NCBI GenBank assembly: GCA_963422665.1 | Contig: OY730441.1 | Coordinates: forward strand, 2,061,737 to 2,125,736 | DNA from: Alphaproteobacteria bacterium | Lineage (GTDB): Bacteria > Pseudomonadota > Alphaproteobacteria > Bin95 | Length of the DNA: 64,000 nucleotides | Direction of reading: 5' to 3' | In this document: piece after piece, positions 44,301 to 54,422 of the stretch | Position numbering within the stretch: position 1 is the stretch's first letter | Layout of the letters: each line of letters begins with the position of its first letter | Made by a program: the position numbers and the translations under genes | The notes under the pieces: generated by a model | The model's input: the letters and a program-made list of their open reading frames with translations, nothing else | Databases searched by the model: none | What the model was told of the DNA's origin: nothing

Positions 44301-45336
44301 ACTCGAGCCACCGGCCGTTCCCGACCGACCCGATGTCAGCCCGCCGACTCCCGACCCCGGCGTCGATCCGAAGACTCCCGTCGGCTCCGGTTCCGGCGGC
44401 GGCGGCAGTCGCGGGGCAGTTGTCGGCGCCGGGCTGCTGGCGCTGGTCTTCACGCTGTTCGACTTCGGCCCCGATGAGGCGCCGGACCCGGCGGCGCCGA
44501 AGCCCGCCTTCGTCCAGGCCGCCGCCGGCGAGTCGCGCTGGTGGACGCGCAACCTCGCCTCCGGCCTGACGGCGGGCGGCGGCGTCGGCGGCGTCGAGAT
44601 CGGCATGGACCTGGCCGTCGGCAACGGCTTCAGCCTCGGCTTCGCGACCGCCCCCGAAATGGCGGCGAAGCGGCGCGCCGGCGCGGATGCCGCCGCGCTG
44701 TCCGGAGGCCGCTACAGCCTGCGCGGCGGCTGGCGGGGCGAGCGCCTGTTCGCCGGGCTCAGCCTCTCGCACGCCGACTGGCGGGTGAACGGCTCCTGGG
44801 AGAACCCGACCGTCGGCGGCGGGATGCAGAGCCACTTCGACGCGGCGCAGCGCGACCTCCGGCTCAGCCTGGGCGCGCGGCTCGACCTGGGCGGCGGCAT
44901 GACGCTCGTCCCGCAGGCGGAAGCCTTCGCCGGCGAACTGGAGCGGGAAAGCCACATGGCGGAGGGCGCGGTGTTCCGCGCCGCCATGCCGGGCCTGACG
45001 CAGCGCTATCGCGGCGTCAAGGCGGGGCTGGGCTTCGCCTCCGGCTGGCGCGAGGCGGGCGGCGAGGTGAAGCTGCGCCCGACGCTGAACCTGAGCGCGA
45101 TGCGTGTGCGGACCGGCTCGGAGAGCTTCGAGATGAAGCAATCGGACCGGCTCGGCATCCTGTCCACCGGCAGCCGGGCGCGGCTGGCCGACGCGCCGGA
45201 GACCGCGTTCGGCCTGGGCGCGGGCCTGGAGGCGGCCGGTCCGGGCGGGCTGCGGATGGGCTTCGGCTATGCCGGCCTGGTCGTGGACGGCGAGCTCCAC
45301 CACGCCGCCGCCGCCAGCCTCCACCTCCCCTTCTGA
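41319..45336 (+). CDS. autotransporter (type Va) / adhesin-like protein, frameshifted at the poly-C tract (main ORF 41431-45336)
   Basis: Signal peptide ...AGAIAGAGLLFFATAPYVPAQA. Repetitive A.A.N.G.I.T.G..A.G passenger, Pro-rich linker, amphipathic C-terminal beta-barrel ending LHLPF. Confidence 0.82.
41358..41369 (+). repeat. C12 homopolymer inside the autotransporter 5' coding region
   Basis: ATTCTG-CCCCCCCCCCCC-GCAG. Confidence 0.9.
43573..43821 (+). repeat. four tandem 60-63 nt repeats encoding FG.G.D.L.V.N.GYF.G
   Basis: Units start at 43573, 43633, 43696 and 43759 (FGGRDDRM, FGDGADTL, FGAGNDML, FGAGTDTL). Confidence 0.8.
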
Positions 45337-45348
45337 CGCCCCCAAACC

Positions 45349-45389
45349 CGCCCGTGTCCGCCGCCGACAAGGCCCGGCGGACACGGGCG
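45349..45389. terminator. 15-bp GC-rich inverted repeat between convergent genes
   Basis: CGCCCGTGTCCGCCG ... CGGCGGACACGGGCG. Confidence 0.55.
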
Positions 45390-45506
45390 GCGGCCCCATT
45401 CACCGCCCCGGCCCGCGCCTGTACCCGCCGCCGGGCGGGGAAGCCGGGGCGGCGGTGGTTCGGGTCCGCCGCCGCTGCGATGAGTGCTGTATAAGGACCG
45501 CCGGTA

Positions 45507-47114
45507 TTACATGCGGAAGACGCCGAAGGCGCCGCGCTCGACGGGGGCGTTGAGGGCGGCGGAGATGGCGAGCGCCAGCACGGTGCGGGTCTGGGGCGGA
45601 TCGATCACGCCGTCGTCCCACAGCCGGGCCGAGCCGTAATAGGGGTGCCCCTGGGTCTCGTACCGGTCGAGGATCGGCTGGCGGAAGGCCGCCTCGTCCT
45701 CCTCCGGCCACGCCCGCCCGTCGCGCGCCAGCGCATCGCGGCGCACCGTCGCCAGCACCGTCGCCGCCTGCTCCGCCCCCATCACCGAGACGCGCGCATT
45801 CGGCCAGGTGAACAGGAAGCGCGGCCCGTAGGCCCGCCCGCACATGGCGTAGTTGCCCGCGCCGAAGCTGTTGCCGATGACGACGGTGAACTTCGGCACC
45901 CGCGCGCAGGCGACGGCATGGACCATCTTGGCGCCGTCGCGCGCGATGCCGCCCGCCTCGTATTTCCGCCCGACCATGAAGCCGGTGATGTTCTGCAGGA
46001 ACACCAGCGGGATGCCGCGCTGGGCGCAGAGCTCGATGAAATGCGCGCCCTTCTGCGAGGATTCCGAGAACAGGATGCCGTTATTGGCGACGATGCCGAC
46101 CGGGTAGCCCTCGATATGCGCGAAGCCGGTGACCAAGGTGGCGCCGTAGAGCGCCTTGAACTCGTCCAGCCGGCTGCCGTCCACCATGCGCGCGATGACC
46201 TCGCGCACATCGTAGGGCGTCTTCCAGTCCGGCGGCACGATGCCGTAGATCTCCTCCGGGTCGTAGCGCGGCTCCTCGGGCGCGCGCAGGTCCAGATCGG
46301 GGCGCTTGACCGTGTTCAGGTAGCCGAGCGCCGTGCGCGCGAGCGCGAGCGCATGGTTGTCGTCGGCGGCATAGTGGTCGGTCACGCCCGAGATGCGGGA
46401 ATGCACATCCGCCCCGCCCAGCTCCTCGGCGCTCACGATCTCGCCGGTGGCGGCCTTCACCAGCGGCGGGCCGCCGAGGAAGATCGTGCCCTGGCCGCGC
46501 ACGATCACCGCCTCGTCGGACATGGCCGGCACATAGGCCCCGCCGGCGGTGCAGGAGCCCATCACCACGGCAATCTGCGGGATGCCTTCCGCCGACATGG
46601 TGGCCTGGTTGTAGAAGATGCGCCCGAAATGGGCGGCGTCGGGAAACACCTCGTCCTGCTGGGGCAGATTGGCGCCGCCGGAGTCCACCAGATAGACGCA
46701 GGGCAGCCGGTTCTCGCGCGCGATCTGCTGGGCGCGCAGATGCTTCTTGACCGTCAGCGGATAGTAGGTGCCGCCCTTGACGGTGGCGTCGTTGGCGACC
46801 ACGACGCATTCGCGCCCATGCACGCGGCCGATGCCGGTGACGATGCCGGCGGACGGGATGTCGTCCTCATAGACGCCCCAGGCGGCGAGCTGGGAGAGTT
46901 CGAGAAAGGGCGAGCCGGGGTCGAACAGGCCGCGCACCCGGTCGCGCGGCAGCAGCTTGCCGCGCGCGAGATGGCGCTGGCGGGCCCGCTCGCCGCCGCC
47001 TTCCTGCACCTTGGCGACGGACTGGCGCAGGTCCGCGGCCAGCGCCTGCATCGCCTCTGAATTGGCGCGGAATTCCCGTCCCCGCGGCCGGAGCCTGCTT
47101 TCGATGACGCCCAT
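45507..47114 (-). CDS. mccB: 3-methylcrotonyl-CoA carboxylase beta (carboxyltransferase) subunit
   Basis: [58 protein letters not shown]. Confidence 0.92.
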   Translation of the reverse strand: MGVIESRLRPRGREFRANSEAMQALAADLRQSVAKVQEGGGERARQRHLARGKLLPRDRVRGLFDPGSPFLELSQLAAWGVYEDDIPSAGIVTGIGRVHGRECVVVANDATVKGGTYYPLTVKKHLRAQQIARENRLPCVYLVDSGGANLPQQDEVFPDAAHFGRIFYNQATMSAEGIPQIAVVMGSCTAGGAYVPAMSDEAVIVRGQGTIFLGGPPLVKAATGEIVSAEELGGADVHSRISGVTDHYAADDNHALALARTALGYLNTVKRPDLDLRAPEEPRYDPEEIYGIVPPDWKTPYDVREVIARMVDGSRLDEFKALYGATLVTGFAHIEGYPVGIVANNGILFSESSQKGAHFIELCAQRGIPLVFLQNITGFMVGRKYEAGGIARDGAKMVHAVACARVPKFTVVIGNSFGAGNYAMCGRAYGPRFLFTWPNARVSVMGAEQAATVLATVRRDALARDGRAWPEEDEAAFRQPILDRYETQGHPYYGSARLWDDGVIDPPQTRTVLALAISAALNAPVERGAFGVFRM

Positions 47115-47144
47115 GCGTGCGCCGCGCCTTTGGCGGCCGGCCGC

Positions 47145-47507
47145 TCAGGCTGCCTCGTCGGCCTCTTCGCCGCGCGCCGCGCGCGTATAGGCCCGGTTGC
47201 AATGCTCGGCGCAATAGGGCTTGCCCGACTCCGCCTCGGCCCCGCAGAAGTGGAAGTCGTCATGCTGCGGGTCGCCATAGGGCCAATTGCAGACCGCCCG
47301 GCCGACCGGGGCGAGGCGCACCGGACGCGGCGGCGGCGAGGCCGGCAGGCGGCGGATCGGCGAAGGGCGCGGCGCCAAGCCCGAGCGGTGCGCCTTGCCG
47401 ACCACTGCGTTCTTGGACACGCCGAGGCGGCGGCCGATCTCCGCCGTGCTCGCGCCCGTCGCCCAGAGTTTACGCAACTCCAGAACCCGTTCCGATGTCC
47501 AAGTCAT
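47145..47507 (-). CDS. gcrA: GcrA cell-cycle regulator (compact, 120 aa)
   Basis: MTWTSERV..LRKLW..G.ST.EI...LG.SKNAVVGKAHR, CNWPYGDP..FHFCG, PYCAEH. Confidence 0.92.
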   Translation of the reverse strand: MTWTSERVLELRKLWATGASTAEIGRRLGVSKNAVVGKAHRSGLAPRPSPIRRLPASPPPRPVRLAPVGRAVCNWPYGDPQHDDFHFCGAEAESGKPYCAEHCNRAYTRAARGEEADEAA

Positions 47508-47643
47508 CTGTCCCGTCCCGACACTGCGATCAATGGTAGCCATAAGAGCGAAATATACTATATCCTGTATTTCTCCGCAAGCGCCGCCATACCCGAATTC
47601 GAGCATGGCGGCGGCGCGGCGGCGACGGGCCGCTCTTTAGGGC

Positions 47644-48496
47644 TGACCTCGTTCATACAGATATGAGACCGCCCGCTTGAAAGCGGTTTGGGGGTCTCCG
47701 CAGCTGTTGGCGCTGAAACGATCAGCCTGGAGGAGACCCCCATGCAGGTGATTGGCTTGCCTCGTCATGTTACACGAGGAGCCGCTCTTGCGTCGCACAG
47801 ACGCGCCGTTCCGGCCCGCTGGCGGCGCGCGCCGGACAAGGGCTTGAGCGCCGCAGAGGCGGCCGAAGCGCTCGGCGTGTCCCGCGCCCCTCCTGCGCCG
47901 CAACGGGCCGCGCGCCGCAAGGCGCGTCCGGCCCTGCGCCGGACGCCTGCCCAAAGGCCGCAAGCCCACAAGCCCCGGCGAGATCGTCCAGCGCGACACC
48001 CTCGCCATCCCGACCCACCCCGGACGGCCCGCGATCAAGCCGTTCACCGCACGCGCCCCCGTCGCCGAGTGGACCTGCGCCCAGGCCCCGGAGACGCGCC
48101 ACCGCCCACAACGCCAAGCGCTTCCTCGACAAGCTCCAGGACCGCATGCCCTTCCCCCTCGAGGCCATCCAGGTCGATGGAGGCTCCGGGTTCAAGGCCA
48201 ACTTCGAGACCGAACGCCAGCGCCGCCGCAGCGCACTCCTCGAACGCCCGCCCCGGTCGCCCAGGCTCAACGGCCCTGTCGAGCGCAACAACGGCGCAGG
48301 GCGATACGAGGTCTGCGCCATACGGGACCTCCCCAACGACGACATCGACGACATCGACCAATGGCTCGACGCCTGCGCCGAGGAGGGCAACACCTTCAGA
48401 CCGCACCACGCGCCTGGCGGACAAACCCCCGCCGAGCGCCTTGCCAATCGCACAGCCAAAGAAACCCGCCCGTCTCATATGTCCCGAACCGGAACA
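47644..48496 (+). mobile_element. IS481-family remnant with internal deletions and frameshifts
   Basis: Imperfect IRs TGACCTCGTTCATACAGATATGAGAC / GTCTCATATGTCCCGAACCGGAACA. Fragments PFPLEAIQVDGGS.F, PPRSP.LNG.VER, N.FRPH. Confidence 0.75.
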
Positions 48497-48566
48497 GGAC
48501 CTTGAGCGGCCGGCGCGGGCAGGGTATGGGGCGAGCGGCCGAGAAAACGCGGAGGGGTGCGGAGCC

Positions 48567-49994
48567 ATGTTCATCGACGGAGTCTGGTGCGAGGCGGCCG
48601 GCGACGGGCGCTTCCCGGTTGCGAACCCGGCGAACGGGGAGACGGTGGGCGATGTGCCGGACGGCGGCGGCGCCGATGCAGCGCGCGCGATAGACGCCGG
48701 CGAACGCGCGTTCGCCGGCTGGGCGGGGCAGACAGCCTATGACCGCTCGCGCATCCTCTACCGCGCATGGGAGATCATGACCGAGCGGGCGGAAGACCTG
48801 GCCCGCACGATGACGCTCGAACAGGGCAAGCCGCTGCGCGCGGCGCGCAACGAGGTGCGCTACGGCGCGGACTTCCTGCTCTGGTATGCCGAGGAGGCGA
48901 AGCGCGTCTATGGCGAGACCATTCCGGCGCCGCGCGGCGACCAGCGCTTCATGGTGCTGCGCCAGCCGGTCGGCGTCGTCGCCGCCATCACGCCATGGAA
49001 CTATCCGGTCTCGATGGTGACGCGCAAGGTGGCGCCGGCCATCGCCGCCGGCTGCACCATCGTGCTGAAGCCGGCCGAGGCGACGCCGCTCTCCGCGGTC
49101 AAGGTGTTCGAGTGCCTCGAGGCGGCGGGCGTGCCGGCGGGTGTCGTCAACCTCGTCACGGCTGAGGACCCCGCCCCCGTCGGCGACGCCTTCCTGACGG
49201 ACCCGCGAGTGCGGAAGATCACCTTCACCGGCTCGACCGAGGTCGGCAAGATGATCGCCGCGCGCGCCGCTGCAAGCATGAAGCGCGTCTCGCTCGAGCT
49301 CGGCGGCCATGCGCCCTTCCTGGTGCTGCAGGACGCCGACCCCGTCCATGCGGCGAAGGGGGCGGCGCTGGTGAAGTTCCTGAACACGGGCCAGGCCTGC
49401 ATCTGCCCCAACCGCATCTTCGTGCATGAGGACGCCGTCGATGCCTTCACGGAGGAGTTCGTCTCGCGCGTCGGCCGGATGCGGGCCGGCAACGGGCTGG
49501 AGGAGGGCGTGCAGATCGGTCCCCTCGTCGACGAGGCGGCGATCGAGAAGGTCGAGCGCCAGGTGGCCGACGCGGCCGGGCGCGGGGCGGAAGTGCTCTG
49601 CGGCGGGCATCGCATGACGGACGGCGCGCTCGCAAAGGGCGCCTTCTATGCGCCGACCGTGCTCTCCGGGGTCGCGCCCGACATGCAGATCTACCGCGAG
49701 GAGACCTTCGGCCCGGTTGCGCCGATCATTCCGTTCCGGGATGAGGGCGAGGCGCTCGCCATGGCGAACGACACCCATTACGGCCTCGCCTCCTATGTCT
49801 ATACGCGCGACATGGCGAAGGGCTTCCGCATGTTCGAGGGCCTCAAATTCGGCATTGTCGGCATCAACGACATCAACCCGACCGCGGCGGCCGCCCCGTT
49901 CGGCGGCTCGAAGGAAAGCGGCCTCGGGCGCGAGGGCGGCCATGAGGGCATCGCCGAATATCTGGAGACCAAGCTCGGCGGCTTCTCCATCTGA
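48567..49994 (+). CDS. gabD: NAD(P)-dependent succinate-semialdehyde dehydrogenase family ALDH
   Basis: AITPWNYP, LKPAEATP, FTGSTEVGK, LELGG, GQACIC, EETFGP, PFGG.KESG.GREG. Confidence 0.88.
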   Translation: MFIDGVWCEAAGDGRFPVANPANGETVGDVPDGGGADAARAIDAGERAFAGWAGQTAYDRSRILYRAWEIMTERAEDLARTMTLEQGKPLRAARNEVRYGADFLLWYAEEAKRVYGETIPAPRGDQRFMVLRQPVGVVAAITPWNYPVSMVTRKVAPAIAAGCTIVLKPAEATPLSAVKVFECLEAAGVPAGVVNLVTAEDPAPVGDAFLTDPRVRKITFTGSTEVGKMIAARAAASMKRVSLELGGHAPFLVLQDADPVHAAKGAALVKFLNTGQACICPNRIFVHEDAVDAFTEEFVSRVGRMRAGNGLEEGVQIGPLVDEAAIEKVERQVADAAGRGAEVLCGGHRMTDGALAKGAFYAPTVLSGVAPDMQIYREETFGPVAPIIPFRDEGEALAMANDTHYGLASYVYTRDMAKGFRMFEGLKFGIVGINDINPTAAAAPFGGSKESGLGREGGHEGIAEYLETKLGGFSI

Positions 49995-50042
49995 CGGCGG
50001 GCATCGGGCCGGGCCGGCGGTTGACCGGTCGGGAGGCTGTGG

Positions 50043-50861
50043 ATGACGGACATTGAGACGGTCTTCGTCGAAGGGCCGCCGCGCCTCGCCCTCGACCGGG
50101 CCGGAGCGGGCCCTCTCGTATTCTTCCTGCACGGGATCGGCGGCAACCGGTCGAACTGGACCCGGCAGATCGAGGCGTTCGGCGGCAGCTTCCATGCCGT
50201 CGCCTGGGACGCACGCGGCTACGGCGCCTCGGACGACTATGAAGGCCCGCTCGATTTCGGGGATTTCGCGCAGGACGCGCTCCGGATACTCGACCGTTTC
50301 GGGGCGGAGCGGGCGCATCTGGTCGGGCTCTCGATGGGCGGGAGGATCGCGCAGGACGTCCATGCCCGGTTCCCGGATCGCGTCGCCACACTGGTGCTGT
50401 GCGGCACGAGGGCGGATTTCCGGGATTCCATGACGCCCGAGAAGCGCGCCGAGTTCATCCGGCTGCGCCAGGCGCCGCTCAAGGCGGGCAAGGAACCGCG
50501 CGACATCGCGGATGCGCTGGTGGAGAGCCTGGCCGCGCCCGGCGCGGACGAGCGCGCGCGCCGACAGCTTTGGGAGAGCATCGCCGCGCTCCACAAGGAC
50601 TCCTACCTGAAAACCATCGAGGCTTCGCTCTCCTTCGACCGGTCCGCCGAAATCGACCGGATCGGGGTTCCGACGCTCCTCATCTACGGCGAGCATGACC
50701 GACTGACCCCGCCGGCCATCGGACAGGCGCTGCACGACCGCGTCGCCGGCTCGGAGTTCGTCAAGATCGAGGGCGCCGGACACCTGACCAACATCGAACG
50801 CCCCGCGGCGTTCAACGCCGCACTGCTTGCCTTCCTCTCGAAGCACCGCGACCGCGCGTGA
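50043..50861 (+). CDS. alpha/beta hydrolase
   Basis: FLHGIGG, WDARGYG, GLSMGG nucleophile elbow, GEHD, AGHL. Confidence 0.9.
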   Translation: MTDIETVFVEGPPRLALDRAGAGPLVFFLHGIGGNRSNWTRQIEAFGGSFHAVAWDARGYGASDDYEGPLDFGDFAQDALRILDRFGAERAHLVGLSMGGRIAQDVHARFPDRVATLVLCGTRADFRDSMTPEKRAEFIRLRQAPLKAGKEPRDIADALVESLAAPGADERARRQLWESIAALHKDSYLKTIEASLSFDRSAEIDRIGVPTLLIYGEHDRLTPPAIGQALHDRVAGSEFVKIEGAGHLTNIERPAAFNAALLAFLSKHRDRA

Positions 50862-50979
50862 ACGGCGGGCGCGTGGGGCAGGGAAGCCGGCGGCGAAACC
50901 GCCGCATCGACCCGGCGACCGTCGAAGGTGGCCAAGCGCCTGAAAGTCGTGCATAAATCGGTTCCGGTAAGGTAAGGCG

Positions 50980-51222
50980 ATGGCAACGACCGTAATCGAC
51001 ACCCTGCGCTATGCACGGCGCCTTCGCGACGCCGGCGTGCCCCCCGAGCAGGCGGAGGCCATGGCGGATGCGATCGGTTCGGAGCTCGTCGAGAACCTCG
51101 CGACCAAGGCCGATCTCGACGGGGCGGTTGCCGAGATCAAGGGGACCGTTCTCCTGTTGAAGTGGATGACCGGGTTCATTCTCGCTTTCGTCGTCGCAAT
51201 TGCGTGGCGCGTTTTCGGCTAG
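50980..51222 (+). CDS. DUF1640/CCDC90-like small coiled-coil membrane protein
   Basis: DTLRYARRLRDAGV...QAEA, LATKADL, LKWM and a C-terminal TM. Confidence 0.85.
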   Translation: MATTVIDTLRYARRLRDAGVPPEQAEAMADAIGSELVENLATKADLDGAVAEIKGTVLLLKWMTGFILAFVVAIAWRVFG

Positions 51223-51262
51223 AGAGGGAGAACGGGCCCGGGCCGATTACGGGGGGAGCAGC

Positions 51263-52855
51263 ATGGCGGAAGAACGTTTCGATTATATCGTCGTGGGGGC
51301 GGGGTCTGCGGGGTCGGTGCTGGCGAACCGGCTCTCGGCCGACCCGGCGAAGCGTGTGCTGCTGCTGGAGGCGGGCCGGCCGAGCCATCCCTGGTCGTCC
51401 ATTCCCGTCGGCTTCGCGCGCCTGATCGACAATCCCGCCGCCAATTGGCTCTATTCCTCCGAGCCGGAGGAAAGCACGGGCGGGCGGCGTATCCCGGTGC
51501 CGCGCGGCCGGCTGCTGGGCGGCTCGTCGGCGATCAACGGCATGGTGTTCGTGCGCGGCCAGGCGGAGGATTTCGACGGCTGGGCGCAGCTCGGCAATCG
51601 CGGCTGGTCCTACCGCGACGTGCTGCCGCTGTTCCGGAAGATGGAGAGCTATGCCGGCGGCGAGGACGAGTTCCGGGGGCGGAGCGGCCCGCTGAAGGTC
51701 AGCGACCTCGCGGAAAGCGGCCCGCTCTACGACGCGATCATCGGCGCGGGGCAGGAGATCGGCCTCGCCTGCAACGCCGACTATAACGGCGGCTCGCAGG
51801 ACGGCATCTCGATGACGCAGGCGTCGATTTCCGGCGGACGGCGCATGAGCACGGCGCGCTGCTATCTGGACCCCGTGCGCTCGCGGCAGAACCTCGATAT
51901 CCGCGCCAATGCGCCGACGGAAGCGTTGCTGTTCGAGTGCCGGCGCTGCACCGGCGTGCGCTACCGGCGCGGCGGCGAAGTGCGTGAGGCCCATGCCGAC
52001 GTCGAGGTGGTGGTGAGCGCAGGCGCCGTCGCCTCGCCGCAATTGCTGGAGCTGTCCGGCATCGGCCAGCCGGAGCGGCTGAAGGCGCTCGGCATCCCCG
52101 TCATCCGCGACCTGCCGGGCGTCGGCGAGAACCTGCGGGACCACTACGCGCCGCGCATGAAATGGCGCATCCAGACCAAGGGGCTCACCTATAACGACAG
52201 GAGCCGCGGCCTCGGCCTGGTCTGGCAGGCCGTGAAGTTCGCGGCGACCCGCACCGGCCTGCTGAGCCTGCCCGCCTCGCCGGTCCGCGCCTATATCCGG
52301 ACGCGGCCGGGACTGGCGAGCCCGGACGCCATGATGTCGTTCATCCCGTTCCTGGCGACGCCGCATTTCAAGCTGGCGAAGGAATCGGGCGTGACCGTCA
52401 TCACCCATCCGCTCCGCTCGGAGAGCACCGGCAGCATCCACGCGGCGTCGGCCGACCCGGCCGCGCCGCCGGCAATCCGCTTCAACTTCCTCTCCGCCGG
52501 GATCGACCGCGAGGTCACGCTCGGCGGCATGCGCATAACGCGCCGGCTGATGGGCGCGCCGGCGCTGGAAGGCATCGTCGGCGAGGAAATGACGCCCGGC
52601 GAGAGGCTGGAGAGCGACGACGAGCTGATCGCCTGGGTGAAGGAGAATGCTGAGACTACCTACCATCCGGTCGGCACCTGCAAGATGGGCTCCGACCCGA
52701 TGGCCGTGGTGGACGACCGGCTCTGCGTCCACGGCATCGAAGGCCTGCGCGTCGCCGACGCCTCGATCATGCCGACGCTCACCTCCGGCAACACCAACGC
52801 CCCCTCGATCATGATCGGCGAAAAAGCGGCGGAGATGATCCTGGCGGCGGCGTGA
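51263..52855 (+). CDS. GMC family oxidoreductase (choline dehydrogenase-like)
   Basis: VGAGSAG, PRGRLLGGSSAINGM, SPQLLELSGIG, VGENLRDH, YHPVGTCKMG, GNTNAP. Confidence 0.93.
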   Translation: MAEERFDYIVVGAGSAGSVLANRLSADPAKRVLLLEAGRPSHPWSSIPVGFARLIDNPAANWLYSSEPEESTGGRRIPVPRGRLLGGSSAINGMVFVRGQAEDFDGWAQLGNRGWSYRDVLPLFRKMESYAGGEDEFRGRSGPLKVSDLAESGPLYDAIIGAGQEIGLACNADYNGGSQDGISMTQASISGGRRMSTARCYLDPVRSRQNLDIRANAPTEALLFECRRCTGVRYRRGGEVREAHADVEVVVSAGAVASPQLLELSGIGQPERLKALGIPVIRDLPGVGENLRDHYAPRMKWRIQTKGLTYNDRSRGLGLVWQAVKFAATRTGLLSLPASPVRAYIRTRPGLASPDAMMSFIPFLATPHFKLAKESGVTVITHPLRSESTGSIHAASADPAAPPAIRFNFLSAGIDREVTLGGMRITRRLMGAPALEGIVGEEMTPGERLESDDELIAWVKENAETTYHPVGTCKMGSDPMAVVDDRLCVHGIEGLRVADASIMPTLTSGNTNAPSIMIGEKAAEMILAAA

Positions 52856-52891
52856 ATGAGCGGGGGACCGCCGTATCGAACGGAAAGCAGG

Positions 52892-54334
52892 ATGGCTGGA
52901 TTTACGGACTACGAAGACCATGATGCGGTCGGGCTGGCCGCGCTGGTGGCGCGCGGCGAGACGGCGCCGGAAGAGCTGCTGGAGGCCGCCATCGAGCGGG
53001 TCGAGGCGCGGAACGGGGCCGTCAATGCCGTCACCAACCGGCTTTACGACTACGGCCGCCGGGCCATCGCCGAGGGCCTGCCCGACGGCCCGCTCAAGGG
53101 CGTGCCTTATCTGCTGAAGGACCTGAGCGCCTCGCTGGCCGGCTGCCCGACCACGCGGGGCTGCAAGTTTTTTGCCGACGTCGTGCCGGCGGAGGACAGC
53201 GACCTCGTCAAGCGGCTGAAGCGCGCCGGCACGGTCATATTCGGGCGGACGAACACCTGCGAGCTCGGGCTCAGCCTCACTTGCGAGCCGCAATTGCACG
53301 GGGCCACGAAGAACCCCTGGGATACCGCGCGCATATCCGGCGGCTCCAGCGGCGGCGCGGCCGCTGCAGTAGGCGCGCGCATGCTGCCGGCGGCGCACGC
53401 CTCCGACGGCTTCGGCTCAATCCGAGCACCGGCCGCCTGTTGCGGCCTTGTCGGCCTGAAGCCCACCCGCAACCGCAACACCATGGCGCCCTATATGGGC
53501 GAAGGACTGGGCGGCCTTTCCACCGAACATGCCGTCACGCTCACCGTGCGCGACAGCGCCGCCATTCTGGACGCCACATGCGGGCCGGGCGCCGGCGATC
53601 CCTACAGCGCCGCGCCGTCGGCCCGCCCGTTCCTGGACGAGGCCGGCGCCGACCCGGGCAGGCTGCGCATCGCTTTCACCCGCCGCGCGCCGAACGGCGC
53701 TCCCGTCGAGGCGGACGCGCTGCGCGTGCTGGAGAAAACCGCGAGCCTTGCCGCCGAGCTCGGGCACCGGGTGGAAGAGGCCGACCCCGCCATCGACGGC
53801 GCGGCCGTGGCGCCGACCTTCCTCACCCTCATGGCCGCCAACACCGCGGTCAATCTCGCGAGCCACCCGAGCGCCGGCCGCGCGGCCCGCGAGGACGAGG
53901 TCGAACGAATCACCTGGCTTTCCGCGAAAATGGCCGAGCGGGTGAGCGGCGCCGACTATGTCCGCGCGACGCAGGCCATGCACCGGCTCGGCCGGCAGAT
54001 GGCCGCCTTCCATGCGGATTACGACCTGCTGCTGACGCCGGGGCTGGCCTCCGGCATAGCGGTCAAGCTCGGCTGGCTCGACATGACGATGGACGATGTG
54101 GACGAATACTGGCGGCGCGTGTTTGCCTTCTCGCCCTTCACCGTCTGGTTCAACATCACCGGCCAGCCCGCGATCATGCTGCCGATCGGCACGAACGCCG
54201 ACGACCTGCCGGTCGCCGTGCAGGCCGTCGCGCCATATGGGGACGAAGCCGCGCTCTTTCGTTTTTCCGCCCAGCTCGAAGCCGCCCGCCCCTGGTTCGA
54301 CCGCAAGCCGCCGATTGCGTCCGGAACCGGCTGA
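52892..54334 (+). CDS. amidase signature family protein
   Basis: GVPYLLKDL, GGSSGG, SDGFGSIRAPAACCG. Confidence 0.93.
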   Translation: MAGFTDYEDHDAVGLAALVARGETAPEELLEAAIERVEARNGAVNAVTNRLYDYGRRAIAEGLPDGPLKGVPYLLKDLSASLAGCPTTRGCKFFADVVPAEDSDLVKRLKRAGTVIFGRTNTCELGLSLTCEPQLHGATKNPWDTARISGGSSGGAAAAVGARMLPAAHASDGFGSIRAPAACCGLVGLKPTRNRNTMAPYMGEGLGGLSTEHAVTLTVRDSAAILDATCGPGAGDPYSAAPSARPFLDEAGADPGRLRIAFTRRAPNGAPVEADALRVLEKTASLAAELGHRVEEADPAIDGAAVAPTFLTLMAANTAVNLASHPSAGRAAREDEVERITWLSAKMAERVSGADYVRATQAMHRLGRQMAAFHADYDLLLTPGLASGIAVKLGWLDMTMDDVDEYWRRVFAFSPFTVWFNITGQPAIMLPIGTNADDLPVAVQAVAPYGDEAALFRFSAQLEAARPWFDRKPPIASGTG

Positions 54335-54422
54335 GCCGGAGCCGGCGGGCGTTGTTGCGCCATCCGGGGGTCAATTGCGCTATCCTGCCGCCCGAAGCTT
54401 GCGATTTCGGGAGGACGCCGCG

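Noticed and set aside
45390-45480. Further GC-rich inverted repeats as a possible MITE/REP
   Set aside because: No second copy was recognised in the window. They are adequately explained as structure between convergent genes.
47688-49994. Apparent 768-aa transposase-ALDH fusion
   Set aside because: A chance open frame runs through the degenerate IS481 remnant. The ALDH has its own start at 48567 (MFIDG) after a GGAG/GGGG-rich SD region.
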